IMG/VR virus record: IMGVR_UViG_3300029305_003072
DNA: 64,000 bases
Source of the DNA: a virus
Lineage: Duplodnaviria; Heunggongvirae; Uroviricota; Caudoviricetes
Reading direction: 5' to 3' (one strand)
Shown: positions 11,542-21,062 of the stretch, in pieces
How positions within the stretch are numbered: the first letter of the stretch is position 1
How the letters are laid out: each line of letters opens with the position of its first letter
Position numbers and translations under genes: made by a program
The notes under the pieces: model-generated
Told to the model about the DNA's origin: nothing
The model's database searches: none
What the model saw: the letters and a program-made list of their open reading frames with translations, nothing else

Positions 11542-12641
11542 AAAACAATCCTCTCTTTAAATAGCTTTAAAAATGTATCGGGGCCGCAGTCAATCGGACT
11601 GTCCTTATAACCAGTAATCATGTTCTTATCAAAAATAAATGAAATCAAAACAAAGGTCTTATATTTATCTCTTAATCTTACTAAATTAGTCTTTAAATGT
11701 TTAAATTCTTCATCACCGATTTCTTGGAACTGTCTATCAAATGCGACAATAATTTCTTCGGCGCCAGCTTCTATGAGCATTTGTATCTGGTATGATGACA
11801 CACTCGACCCGCAGCACGCAACCGAAATATCATTTTCCAATCCAAAATATGATTGATATAACAAACAAGATTTTTCACCTTCAAAAATAATCGCTTTCTT
11901 CATCAGTTTGATATTATCTTTACTATTGTTGAAATTATATAAATTCATTCCAAGAGGATGATTATATAACTCACGATTAATTCTCATAGGTCTATACTTG
12001 CCGAATCGCTCGCCCTCTTCCGCACATAGTGTTCGCCCACGCAAACCTATAAATCGACCATCTTTGTCGAAGTGCGGAATTGTGATTTGGTCTCCTCCTG
12101 GATAATAACCAATTCTTGCTTGGTCAAGTGCGGCTTGGGTAATACCCTCCCGCAACCAGGGACCTATCTTCACAGAGTAGTTGAAGCGTTCCAATATATC
12201 ATTTTCATATTCTTTTAAGACGACCGTGTTGGTTTTCACAACAACATCTTGAATACGCTCGTAGTTAGCAAGGTATTTCCAATCGTCTAATGCTTCATCT
12301 TCTGGACGGTCTTCATGGTCGCCAGAAAATCCAAATCGTTGGGCAATCCACCTAACTGCGTCATTTAGGTCGAACTCTTTATCCCATTGGATTTTAGCGA
12401 CCTTAGTAGTTAGTTCGAAAATATCAAAGTAGCTATCACAACCTGTATAACAACGAAACAACCCAGTATTTTCATAGTAATATAATTTTCTACTTCCTTC
12501 ACCGGGAGGGTTGTGGCAGATGGTAGTGGAGGTAAACCCGAACACTTCACGTCCAGGGTCTCCACCCCATTCCTGCAACAAATCGTATATATTTTCGTCT
12601 GTTAGAGCTTCTCTGATTTTCGTTTTGTCAAATACTAACAT
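11538..12641 (-). CDS. dnaG: DNA primase (DnaG-like: zinc ribbon plus Toprim)
   Basis: CHNPPGEGSRKLYYYENTGLFRCYTGC zinc ribbon and a Toprim IIFEGEKS motif. Confidence 0.8.
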   Translation of the reverse strand: MLVFDKTKIREALTDENIYDLLQEWGGDPGREVFGFTSTTICHNPPGEGSRKLYYYENTGLFRCYTGCDSYFDIFELTTKVAKIQWDKEFDLNDAVRWIAQRFGFSGDHEDRPEDEALDDWKYLANYERIQDVVVKTNTVVLKEYENDILERFNYSVKIGPWLREGITQAALDQARIGYYPGGDQITIPHFDKDGRFIGLRGRTLCAEEGERFGKYRPMRINRELYNHPLGMNLYNFNNSKDNIKLMKKAIIFEGEKSCLLYQSYFGLENDISVACCGSSVSSYQIQMLIEAGAEEIIVAFDRQFQEIGDEEFKHLKTNLVRLRDKYKTFVLISFIFDKNMITGYKDSPIDCGPDTFLKLFKERIVL

Positions 12642-13075
12642 TAATTAATATCAACAAGAACCTTGACGCAGAATCCTTTCAAACCGCACTCGCGGTTTAC
12701 ATAATCACACAGAATCTCCTGTGCGGGCTTGGGCAACTTACCGCTCTTAGTCTTGGCGTCATTGAGAATCTGCTCAGCCATGACCTTGCCCATCTTGTAC
12801 TCGAAAGTGCCGGCGCAAACATCAGGAGCGGGAATGGTGTCACGCTTCTTGTTAAAAGCTCCGTCCAAACGAGGTGTATTGTTATTGGGCTTGCGGTTAT
12901 TGTTTCTCTTGCCGTTATTATTCTTCTTTACAAACTCTGCCATATCATTAATCTCCTTTTTATCAATAATTCCAAAATCGGAATCGTGTAACAAATTTAA
13001 TTTACTTCTTGAGCCACGCTCAATCTTCGCACTCGAAAGCTGACTCTTCATCGATTCTAATACGAACATCATCAA
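12641..13075 (-). CDS. Hypothetical basic protein
   Basis: ORF with an Asn/Lys/Arg-rich segment. Confidence 0.35.
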   Translation of the reverse strand: MMMFVLESMKSQLSSAKIERGSRSKLNLLHDSDFGIIDKKEINDMAEFVKKNNNGKRNNNRKPNNNTPRLDGAFNKKRDTIPAPDVCAGTFEYKMGKVMAEQILNDAKTKSGKLPKPAQEILCDYVNRECGLKGFCVKVLVDIN

Positions 13076-14561
13076 TACTCACCATTTCATAATCATATGT
13101 GGTGCAGAACATTGGTTTAATTCGGCAAACACCCAAATCAGCCTTACACCACAAAATTACACCCTTGTATCGTCCTCGTCTATTTTTATAAATAGACATC
13201 TTAATTGTAGGTCTTTCAAAAATATTAGAGGACAATATATTTTCCAGAGATACCAAATCATCATCTTTTACAGACAACAAAATAGAACCATAGTCAATCT
13301 TATCCGCAATGGCTTTCGCACCACGCAGTAAGTTCTGGTCGGGAGTTTTACTATCTTGGTAATCACCGTTCAACTGGGTTGCTGACATAATAAACACACC
13401 ATACTGATTACAAATGTCTTTTAAACGAGTTGACAGCATGAATAGAATATTATCTTCTCTCAACTTAACGCCACCAGAACGCTTTGTGATTTCTTCCAAG
13501 ATTTTCAAACTTGTATGAATATAATCGTGGAACACATATTTTACATCATGTTCACGAATATTCTTTTTGATTTTATTTTCAACATCCTGTAGAGAGAAGT
13601 CAGGCAACTCTTCTACATAAATAGGACTTTCTTTTAATAACTTTGCCGCTTGAAGAATTCGTTCCTCTTCGCCTTCGCCATATTCGCCATTAAGAATATG
13701 TTCCTCGTTAACGTTAGATAAGAACGCAAGCATCATAGTTTGAATTTCTTCAAGTTCCTGCTCTGTTGTGATGAATAAAACTGGCTCGGCAGGGCCACTA
13801 CCAATCCATCCAAAAGTTTCATCGTAAATCTTATTACAACCAATATAGCAGCAGTCCGCAATCATTGAACGAGTTTTACCGATACCGGTTGCCGCAGAAC
13901 GAAGATAGAATTTCTTCAATCTTGCGCCACGAGTAACTGTATTAATAAGCGGGCCATATAGAGGTACACCGACTTCTGGATGCTCTTTGAATTTTTCAAT
14001 CAAATCAAAAATTCCATCACCGGCTTGCTGTGCTTCTCCAAAAGCGTCATCAACATATTGAAGTCGAATATCATCAATCTTTTTATCAACTTTATCAGCA
14101 ATTTCTTCCAAAGTTGAATTATCTAATTGGTCCTCTTGGAGTTGCTTTTTCTTTGTATCTAAAATATTATCTGCGTCATAAATATCGGTAACATCAATTC
14201 CGCAGTTATCAAATGCACGAAGTAAAGAGAATTTCTTTAATCGTCCATAATAGTAATCAAATGCTGATGGCATTGCGTTTTCTGAAATCTTCAGTAACCA
14301 CTCTTCGCCCTTGCCTTGCTTATATACCGCAGCACTCTTGGGTCTTGACGATAAGAAATCGGAGATACTCTCCAATGTGATTTTATTCGCACCCAATTCA
14401 TGGATTTTATAAATCGCACCAAAAACAGTTTTATGGAAAGGGTCTGCGAAATCTTCATCGACAATTGAATATCTATCAGTCGCTTCCAGAAGCTGAGGGG
14501 TATTAAACACGCAGCCAATTACCTGCATAATCGCAGTTGTATCTACATACTTACTGCCCAT
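13020..14561 (-). CDS. dnaB: Replicative DNA helicase DnaB-like
   Basis: N-terminal DnaB fold and RecA-like core LRSAATGIGKTRSM. Confidence 0.8.
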   Translation of the reverse strand: MGSKYVDTTAIMQVIGCVFNTPQLLEATDRYSIVDEDFADPFHKTVFGAIYKIHELGANKITLESISDFLSSRPKSAAVYKQGKGEEWLLKISENAMPSAFDYYYGRLKKFSLLRAFDNCGIDVTDIYDADNILDTKKKQLQEDQLDNSTLEEIADKVDKKIDDIRLQYVDDAFGEAQQAGDGIFDLIEKFKEHPEVGVPLYGPLINTVTRGARLKKFYLRSAATGIGKTRSMIADCCYIGCNKIYDETFGWIGSGPAEPVLFITTEQELEEIQTMMLAFLSNVNEEHILNGEYGEGEEERILQAAKLLKESPIYVEELPDFSLQDVENKIKKNIREHDVKYVFHDYIHTSLKILEEITKRSGGVKLREDNILFMLSTRLKDICNQYGVFIMSATQLNGDYQDSKTPDQNLLRGAKAIADKIDYGSILLSVKDDDLVSLENILSSNIFERPTIKMSIYKNRRGRYKGVILWCKADLGVCRIKPMFCTTYDYEMVSIDDVRIRIDEESAFECED

Positions 14562-14564
14562 TAT

Positions 14565-15224
14565 TTACTCCTCCTCGTCTAAAAATGTGAATAACGGACG
14601 CTTTTTAACTTTTCTCTGCGGCCTGGGGATAACAATCTCCTTGACCTTTGGAGTATATTGTTCGACTTCAACATCTTTATTTTTCTGCTTGGCAAGCCAT
14701 AAATTATAATAGTAGTTATAAGCATTTTCATACACATAAGGTACAATACCAATACCACCATTTGCTTTTGACTTGTCTCCGCCTTTTATTTCATAATGAT
14801 ATACTAATGCTTTGCGAATGCCCGAATATGTATAATTGAATTCCTCAACATACTTTTTAATCTGCGCTCTAACTCTTGGGTCAATGTAAGTTGTATTAAA
14901 TAATTCTTTAATATAATCTTCCAACTGTTCCTTATCAGTTTTTTCACGCTTCTCTTCAAGCTCTTGACAAGCCTTATGAACATATTTATTATTTCCAATC
15001 ATAACGCAATCTGCGTCTTTCTTGGACATTGGTTTTTGACAATATGCACACTTAACATTATCAAGTGGGTCAATGATTTCTTTCTTTACATAGTTTGGGT
15101 CTTTCTCTGCTTCACGAAGCATACAGGCGGCGTGTGCATAGCGACGCGCACCGATTAACGCATATTCTTCCTTATCTCTGTCAAACTTCTATTTACAATA
15201 AGGACAGAGAACCATATGTGCCAT
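14565..15224 (-). CDS. Zn-finger protein, 219 aa, with one in-frame TAG
   Basis: MAHMVLCPYCK*KFDRD... is in frame with ORF 14565..15122 (CAYCQ...HKACQ). An AAAGGAG RBS precedes the ATG at 15224. Confidence 0.5.
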
Positions 15225-15258
15225 ACCTTATGCTCCTTTCTTACATTTCTTATAATAT

Positions 15259-15287
15259 ATTATACCATAAAAAATAAAAAAAATCAA
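15259..15287 (-). promoter_or_regulatory. Promoter TTGATT-N17-TATAAT
   Basis: Upstream of the Zn-finger/dnaB operon. Overlaps a terminator T-run. Confidence 0.6.
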
Positions 15288-15308
15288 GTCGGAGCGGAAC
15301 GCCCCGAC
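15270..15308 (-). terminator. Rho-independent terminator
   Basis: GC-rich hairpin gtcgg...ccgac followed by a T-run on the minus strand. Confidence 0.55.
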
Positions 15309-15321
15309 CTGATACAAATTC

Positions 15322-16293
15322 TTACATTAGGTCAGACTTAATGTCAGCAACAATCAAGCTAACGAATTCAGCCTGCTCAGGAGTGGTGTCTCCTACCTTC
15401 TTGCCCTTGCCAAGATATCTCTCAACAATAGCAGTAATCTTGGGGCCGTTGGTAGTACCCTTACTCATTAGCTGACCGACCAAGTCCTGGAATTCAGCCA
15501 TCAGAGCATCGTAATCATAAGTTACCGCAGTAGGAGCAACAATGCGCTCGCTAGTTACGAACTGACCAGCAGTTTCAGCGGCTTCCTTGTCAATAGCTTC
15601 ATTCAAAGCATTAACAAGATTCTTGTAGCTCATAACAATTTCAGTAGGCATATACTTGAAACGGCAGCCGCACTCAATAGTACCAGAAGCATCACGCAGA
15701 GTCAGAACAGACATCTCACCTGCGGCCTTCTGATGAGCATAACCGTAAATATCAGCCATACCAGCGATAACAGTCTTGGTGGAGTTGCTTAGAGTAGGAC
15801 GAATCTTCAAAGTCTTAGTACCATCGGGATTATCAATGGATTCGGGCTTATCGTGTCCAATGAAGAATACTGCATAACCCAACTGAGTCAAGCCACGGAA
15901 TACTTCATTAAACTCTTCCTTGAACTTAGTCCAACCTTTACCGTAGCCAAGGTCACCTAAGTCCTCAATGCCATTCTGATTGCAGATATACTTCTTACAA
16001 CGGTCGGCAGCGATGTCAATAGTGTCAATAATAACACAGCGATACATCTCCTGAACACGAGGGTCCTTCAACTGACGGTACAGCTGCTTCATTTCGGCCC
16101 AGGAAGTAACATCCTGTGCCATAACACCAGGCAATGCGTGATAACCAGGTTCGAAAGCAACTAGAAGGGCCTTATCCATCTGTACGGCAAGAGTAGTCTT
16201 GCCGCACTTAGGAGCGCCGTAAATATATGTGATGTAACCACTTAGGTCACGAGAAACTTTATGAGGCTGTAGAGCCAATAAATCAATTGCCAT
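15322..16293 (-). CDS. Sak4-like RecA-family ATPase (phage recombination/annealing)
   Basis: Walker A YIYGAPKCGKTTLA. Confidence 0.6.
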   Translation of the reverse strand: MAIDLLALQPHKVSRDLSGYITYIYGAPKCGKTTLAVQMDKALLVAFEPGYHALPGVMAQDVTSWAEMKQLYRQLKDPRVQEMYRCVIIDTIDIAADRCKKYICNQNGIEDLGDLGYGKGWTKFKEEFNEVFRGLTQLGYAVFFIGHDKPESIDNPDGTKTLKIRPTLSNSTKTVIAGMADIYGYAHQKAAGEMSVLTLRDASGTIECGCRFKYMPTEIVMSYKNLVNALNEAIDKEAAETAGQFVTSERIVAPTAVTYDYDALMAEFQDLVGQLMSKGTTNGPKITAIVERYLGKGKKVGDTTPEQAEFVSLIVADIKSDLM

Positions 16294-16316
16294 GTTTATG
16301 TCCTCCTCAGTTTAAA

Positions 16317-17255
16317 TTAGAAATTAAATCCGCCCTGAGCAGGAGCTGCGGCCTTAGGAGCAGCGTTACGAGATGCCTTATATTCATCCTGACGCTTCTT
16401 CATAGCAGCCAAATCAACCTCACGCTTCTGGATAGCTTCATTCAGCTCAGCAGCAGTGATAGAACTCTCGTCGTCCCATACGTAAGGCTCCTTAGCTGCG
16501 CCAGTGATGACGAAATCACGACGAGTATTCTTAACCTCACGAACCTCGTCCTCACCGAATGCGGACTCAGTTACAATCTGACGAACAACGACTTCAGATA
16601 CCTGACGTCCCCAAACACAAGTGAACACAGGATTCTTCTGAGAAGCCTCAAGACTCTCAAAATATCTCATAGCGTTAGGATTAGTAGCGCTGAACTCAAT
16701 AGGAAGCAAACTCTTACGGAAGTCGAAGATAGCACCCTTAACAATGCACTTCTCAGGCAGGTTCTTCTCATCGTCAGCATCAATATGCTTTACAGAAGTG
16801 ATAACCATATCAGCCTTGAAAGTGTTACGAACCTTTTCATCTTCGTCCAAGGCATCAACCTTATGAACGAAACCGCCTTCGTTACGCTTTGCAGAAACAA
16901 GCTCTTCCTTACCATTACGGTCGGTATAGAACTCATTTAGACCCAATGCAGAGTCAACGCGAAGCTTAACGGCCTTATCAGCACCATCCTTCATATAAGA
17001 ACCGAAAGTGCCATTAATGATATTACTCAAAGTAGTGAAAGTATCATTGGGCTTGCCGGAACCGAAAGTTGCAGTCACATAAGTGAAATGAACTGGAACA
17101 ATATTAGTCATAGCATCATCAGTTGCAATGCTGATAGTACCAGAAATGAACTTGGTTCCAGGATTCTTGGAGGTCTCTCCAGACTCCTTCAAAGTTAAGT
17201 CATGCTCATACAAAATACCCTCAATGTGAGTCTGATTAATCATAGTCTTTTTCAT
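16317..17255 (-). CDS. Putative ssDNA-binding protein (the usual partner of Sak4)
   Basis: It sits directly downstream of the Sak4-like gene. It has a C-terminal AAPKAAAPAQGGFNF tail ending in Phe, as in gp2.5-like SSBs. The domain assignment is weak. Confidence 0.35.
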   Translation of the reverse strand: MKKTMINQTHIEGILYEHDLTLKESGETSKNPGTKFISGTISIATDDAMTNIVPVHFTYVTATFGSGKPNDTFTTLSNIINGTFGSYMKDGADKAVKLRVDSALGLNEFYTDRNGKEELVSAKRNEGGFVHKVDALDEDEKVRNTFKADMVITSVKHIDADDEKNLPEKCIVKGAIFDFRKSLLPIEFSATNPNAMRYFESLEASQKNPVFTCVWGRQVSEVVVRQIVTESAFGEDEVREVKNTRRDFVITGAAKEPYVWDDESSITAAELNEAIQKREVDLAAMKKRQDEYKASRNAAPKAAAPAQGGFNF

Positions 17256-17272
17256 AATTAAATTAAATCTCC

Positions 17273-17626
17273 TTATTCAATCTCAATATTTTTTCCATTG
17301 TCAGTGATAGAGTAGATAACCGGGTCCTGACCAACCTTTTCGACGAAACCATCAGTGACTAGCTTACGCATCGCACCGGAGACTGCACGAGAACTGATAA
17401 ACAGACCTTCAGCAATATCTCTTGCCTTCCACATAGGTGTTTCCTGATGCTCCTGGAGGAACTTCAGAATTAACTTACCATTATCGGTAAACAAAGGTTT
17501 TTCGCCATTTTCGTCCAGTCCACAGAACGCAGACCAATAAAGACTTGCATCTTCATTCGGCTGAATATTCGGAGCCGCGACAATCAACTCATTTACATAC
17601 TTAATAAATTCTTGCTTTTTACTCAT
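17273..17626 (-). CDS. Winged-helix transcriptional regulator
   Basis: SSRAVSGAMRKLVTDGFVEK helix-turn-helix-like segment. Confidence 0.45.
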   Translation of the reverse strand: MSKKQEFIKYVNELIVAAPNIQPNEDASLYWSAFCGLDENGEKPLFTDNGKLILKFLQEHQETPMWKARDIAEGLFISSRAVSGAMRKLVTDGFVEKVGQDPVIYSITDNGKNIEIE

Positions 17627-17670
17627 TTTTACAGATAACTCACTTTCTTTTTTATTTACCTTGTATATAT

Positions 17671-17699
17671 ATTATAACAAATTTAATTTAAAAAATCAA
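17671..17699 (-). promoter_or_regulatory. Promoter TTGATT-N17-TATAAT
   Basis: Upstream of the wHTH regulator gene. Confidence 0.6.
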
Positions 17700-18193
17700 C
17701 TAATTCTGTCATATTGCCAGAACTGATAAGTTAAGTCGTTATATGTTAGTAGCTGTCCGCACGCAGCAGGCGCCCACTCTTCCGATTCATCTAGATTCGG
17801 AAAATAAGTATCAACATTATCGTGGTCTTTATAAATTTTTGTCACATAAACACGGTCACAAACAGAAAGGAATTCTTGGTATATTGAGCCACCGCCAATA
17901 ATAAACCATTCTTCATCATCATCAGACAAAGAAACTCGTACTTTAGCTTCATCCATTGGAATGCTAAAAGTCATGTTTCCAAGAGGACCTCTTGGCTATC
18001 TGGAGATAACAATATTTAGTCTATCTTTAAGTGGCTTTTGGGGTAATGAATCCCAGGTTTTTCTTCCCATCACTACAACATGGCCAGTAGTGAGTGCCTT
18101 GAAATACTTCAAATCTTCTGGAATATGTTCCAATAGGTCTCCATTATAACCAATTCCCCAATTATTATCAACAGCAACAATTGCAGAAATCAT
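17696..18193 (-). CDS. folA: Dihydrofolate reductase, 165 aa, joined across a single in-frame TAG
   Basis: ORFs 17996..18193 and 17696..17974 are in the same frame, separated by TAG at 17996-17998. NIVISR*PRGPLGN aligns to E. coli NIILSSQPGTDDR, with the TAG at the Gln position. IIGGGSIYQEF is present. Confidence 0.75.
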
Positions 18194-18194
18194 T

Positions 18195-19100
18195 TTAAAT
18201 TCCCAACTCCAATTTCAATTGTGGCTTCATAGGTTCATAATTCTCCATAGTGAAGTCATCAATTGTCATTTCAAAAAAGTTAGTTGCGTTTGGATTCAAT
18301 ACGAGCATTGGCTTGCGTTGCTTTTTCCATTCTTCGGGGTCTGACTGGAATTTCTCCCAATCAGCGTTAGATTTTTCATCAAAGCGACGAAGCATTTCAT
18401 CAGCAGCCTCAAGATGACGGTCATAAATCTGCTCATTAGCAACAACGTGAGTAAAAACGCCGGGCTGATAACCAGTATGACGAGCAATCATCATTAGTAA
18501 TGCAGCATATTGAATTTCATTAATTCCACCGGGGCCAGAAGCAGTAAGCATATCACCACTACGCTGAACAAGCATCATATCCAGGTACTCGCCACGAACA
18601 TTCCAAATAGTAAGGAACGCACATGGAGCTAAGCCAGGAGTCTCATGCAAGTCAGTTTCTTGCCATAGTGAAACAATCTTGCGGCGACCATATGGGTCAT
18701 TTTTAATATCTTCAATCAAATTATTGATTAAATCATAGCGGTCTACGGTTGCACCATATCGTTGTCCGATAGTGCCATCGCCAATATCCCATTCATCCCA
18801 CCAGGTAACTCCACGCTCATGCATCTCTTTGATGTTATTGGTTGGATGCTGATAAATCGTGAAAATTTCTCTAATACCAGTTTTCCAAGCCTGGGGTCTT
18901 AGAGTGCAAATGGGGAAATTACCTCTACTCAAATCATAAGTTCTAAAAGTATGATTTACAGAGTAGGTGTGTGCGGGAGTGCCGTCCGCATAATGAGGGC
19001 GGGGATTTTCATCCTTATATCCGTATTCTTTGATTTCCTTAATCATTGAATACATATACTGGTCAGCATTAGAAATAATTTTCATATTCTCAATCCTCAT
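18195..19100 (-). CDS. thyA: Thymidylate synthase ThyA
   Basis: Canonical ThyA length and motifs (PCHxxxQ-like region, RRKIVSLWQ). Confidence 0.9.
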   Translation of the reverse strand: MRIENMKIISNADQYMYSMIKEIKEYGYKDENPRPHYADGTPAHTYSVNHTFRTYDLSRGNFPICTLRPQAWKTGIREIFTIYQHPTNNIKEMHERGVTWWDEWDIGDGTIGQRYGATVDRYDLINNLIEDIKNDPYGRRKIVSLWQETDLHETPGLAPCAFLTIWNVRGEYLDMMLVQRSGDMLTASGPGGINEIQYAALLMMIARHTGYQPGVFTHVVANEQIYDRHLEAADEMLRRFDEKSNADWEKFQSDPEEWKKQRKPMLVLNPNATNFFEMTIDDFTMENYEPMKPQLKLELGI

Positions 19101-19362
19101 TTGACAAACTATATCCAGTTAATTTACAATCAATGTAATTTTGAACAAAAACTTCCAGTTCATCAATCATTACATCACCTTCGTACTCGCCATTAAAGAG
19201 CTGACTATAACTGATAAATTCAATACCAGTAATGCCATATGCGTGAGCTTTTGCTCTCATGGCATGTGGATTCATACAGGCAATTGCGGAATTAGTTTCC
19301 TTTGCCAAAAGCATCAATCTACTTGTCTTGCCGGAACTACGGCTATCAATAATACGATACAT
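19090..19362 (-). CDS. Hypothetical protein, 90 aa
   Basis: ORF. Its RBS AAAGGAG overlaps the stop codon of the upstream gene. Confidence 0.35.
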   Translation of the reverse strand: MYRIIDSRSSGKTSRLMLLAKETNSAIACMNPHAMRAKAHAYGITGIEFISYSQLFNGEYEGDVMIDELEVFVQNYIDCKLTGYSLSNED

Positions 19363-19375
19363 AAATTAACTCCTT

Positions 19376-20368
19376 TTATTTAATACTATATCCAAACTCT
19401 TTTGCTTTAAAATAATCTTGCCAGTAATCTTCTCTCTCGTCCAGTCTGGAACGGTCGCACTCTTCAACAACCTCGAAAGTGAAGTTCTCGGGTCCGGCCG
19501 CAATCATTGCAGGATATAATTTATTACGAGTGGGTGCGTCTGCACCTACACCTCGTTTAATATGCTATTTCCAGCGGTCTGCTAAATTGGCAGCCTAACC
19601 AACATAACATTTTCCAGAAGAGATTTCAGTAATTTTATAAATTCCAGTATGAACACCAGAACCAATAACTCTACCAATCATATCTGTCGTTGGTTTTTCA
19701 TAATAGCATTTCCAAATAACCTTATTTAAAGGTTCTTTATCACGCAAATAAGGTTCTACCTCACGCAGAAGCTCAATTTCGTGGAGGTCTGCGGCAGAAA
19801 GCTAAATGCGATAGTAGTCTTGTTGGTCTTTCATTTCTTCTGCTCTCTTGGCTGCGGCAACTGCGGCATCGTTTGTAGCACGCATAATAGCCACATTTCC
19901 TTCAAGAGCTTTATACTATTCCATCAAGCCAGCTACGGTTTCTTGATACTATACTTCAAAAGAAGCGACATTCTTTTGATATTTCTATGCTTCAAGCTCC
20001 AAAGAGCGAGCCAGATTTTCTTGAGCGACTTCCATTTTTGAACTATAAAATAAATCTGCGGCTTCTTGAGCCTGCTTTTCCATAGCTGTAATACTACTAT
20101 TTAATGTGTTAATCTATTCAATGGTTGAGTCCTTTTGGAGCAACAACCTACTATTTTCTTCTGTTAGTCGTTTAGTTTCAGCTTCAAGCCATATGCGGCC
20201 CTCTTCGGCTAAACGATTCTACTCCTAAATTCTTTCGTTCTCTTTGGCAGTCTGCGCATCCAACTCCAGCGCCGCGTGAATGCGGGGACGCAGAATGCGA
20301 TATACAACATATCCCGTAATAAGGGACGACAAGATGAACGAAATTAGAAAAATAAGTAATTCCACCAT
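19376..20368 (-). CDS. Membrane-anchored coiled-coil GIY-YIG nuclease-domain protein, 330 aa, with 9 in-frame TAG codons
   Basis: Own translation: an N-terminal TM helix (MVELLIFLISFILSSLITGYVVYRIL), then about 200 aa of coiled coil, then a C-terminal GIY-YIG domain: GIYKITEISSGKCYVG*AANLADRWK*HI...ENFTFEVVEECDRSRLDEREDYWQ...GYSIK. Stop is TAA at 19376-19378. Confidence 0.6.
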
Positions 20369-20424
20369 ATGGAAGAAAAATGGGGTAAGATATTTAATAT
20401 CTTACCCCTTAGTATATGTCAAAA

Positions 20425-20700
20425 TTACTCAGCAGCTTCTTCAGTTGCGTCAGGGTCGAAGCTCATGCCTGCAGGAGTCAGAGACAGGAACTTAACCTGC
20501 TTGTGAGTACCATCCTCTAGCTCGATTTCAGCGGGAGTACGAACACCCAAGCCCTTACGCTGAATAGCGGAAGTAAAGATGCCATCAACAGAGCGCTTCT
20601 CTAGACCCAGAGCAGCAGCAACGTCAGCAGCAGTTACGTTCTCGCCGTTAATCTCCTTCAAATAATTCAGAACCTTCTTGGAATTTTCCTTCATAGCCAT
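20425..20700 (-). CDS. Hypothetical small DNA-binding-like protein
   Basis: ORF with its own promoter. Confidence 0.35.
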   Translation of the reverse strand: MAMKENSKKVLNYLKEINGENVTAADVAAALGLEKRSVDGIFTSAIQRKGLGVRTPAEIELEDGTHKQVKFLSLTPAGMSFDPDATEEAAE

Positions 20701-20771
20701 AGTAAATAATCTCCTTCTTAATAAATAATATTTTTTTAGTTTATATTTTCTAACCTCTCGGTTATGTAAAT

Positions 20772-20800
20772 ATTATATCAAAAAATTTTTGAAAAGTCAA
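20772..20800 (-). promoter_or_regulatory. Promoter TTGACT-N17-TATAAT
   Basis: Upstream of gene 20425..20700. Confidence 0.6.
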
Positions 20801-20809
20801 GAATTTTTT

Positions 20810-21001
20810 TTAATTTTTCTCAAGCAGTTCCATCACAAGCTCGTCAATAGCGACCATATCTTCCAGTCTATCGACGGAACTTGAGAGACGCATAATTTCT
20901 TCTTCTGCTTGATGAACGGCTTTCTTATCATCGCTCGTTTGAATGATTCGTTCGCACTTAGCGATTTTTACAGCCAGATTCTTGAGTTCTTTTTTCTTCA
21001 T
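20810..21001 (-). CDS. Hypothetical coiled-coil protein, 63 aa
   Basis: ORF with its own TTGACA promoter. Confidence 0.3.
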   Translation of the reverse strand: MKKKELKNLAVKIAKCERIIQTSDDKKAVHQAEEEIMRLSSSVDRLEDMVAIDELVMELLEKN

Positions 21002-21033
21002 TGAAAATTTTCATCCTTAATCTTTACGATTTT

Positions 21034-21062
21034 ATTATACAAAATTTTTTTCTTTTTGTCAA
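21034..21062 (-). promoter_or_regulatory. Promoter TTGACA-N17-TATAAT (perfect consensus)
   Basis: Upstream of gene 20810..21001. Confidence 0.6.
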
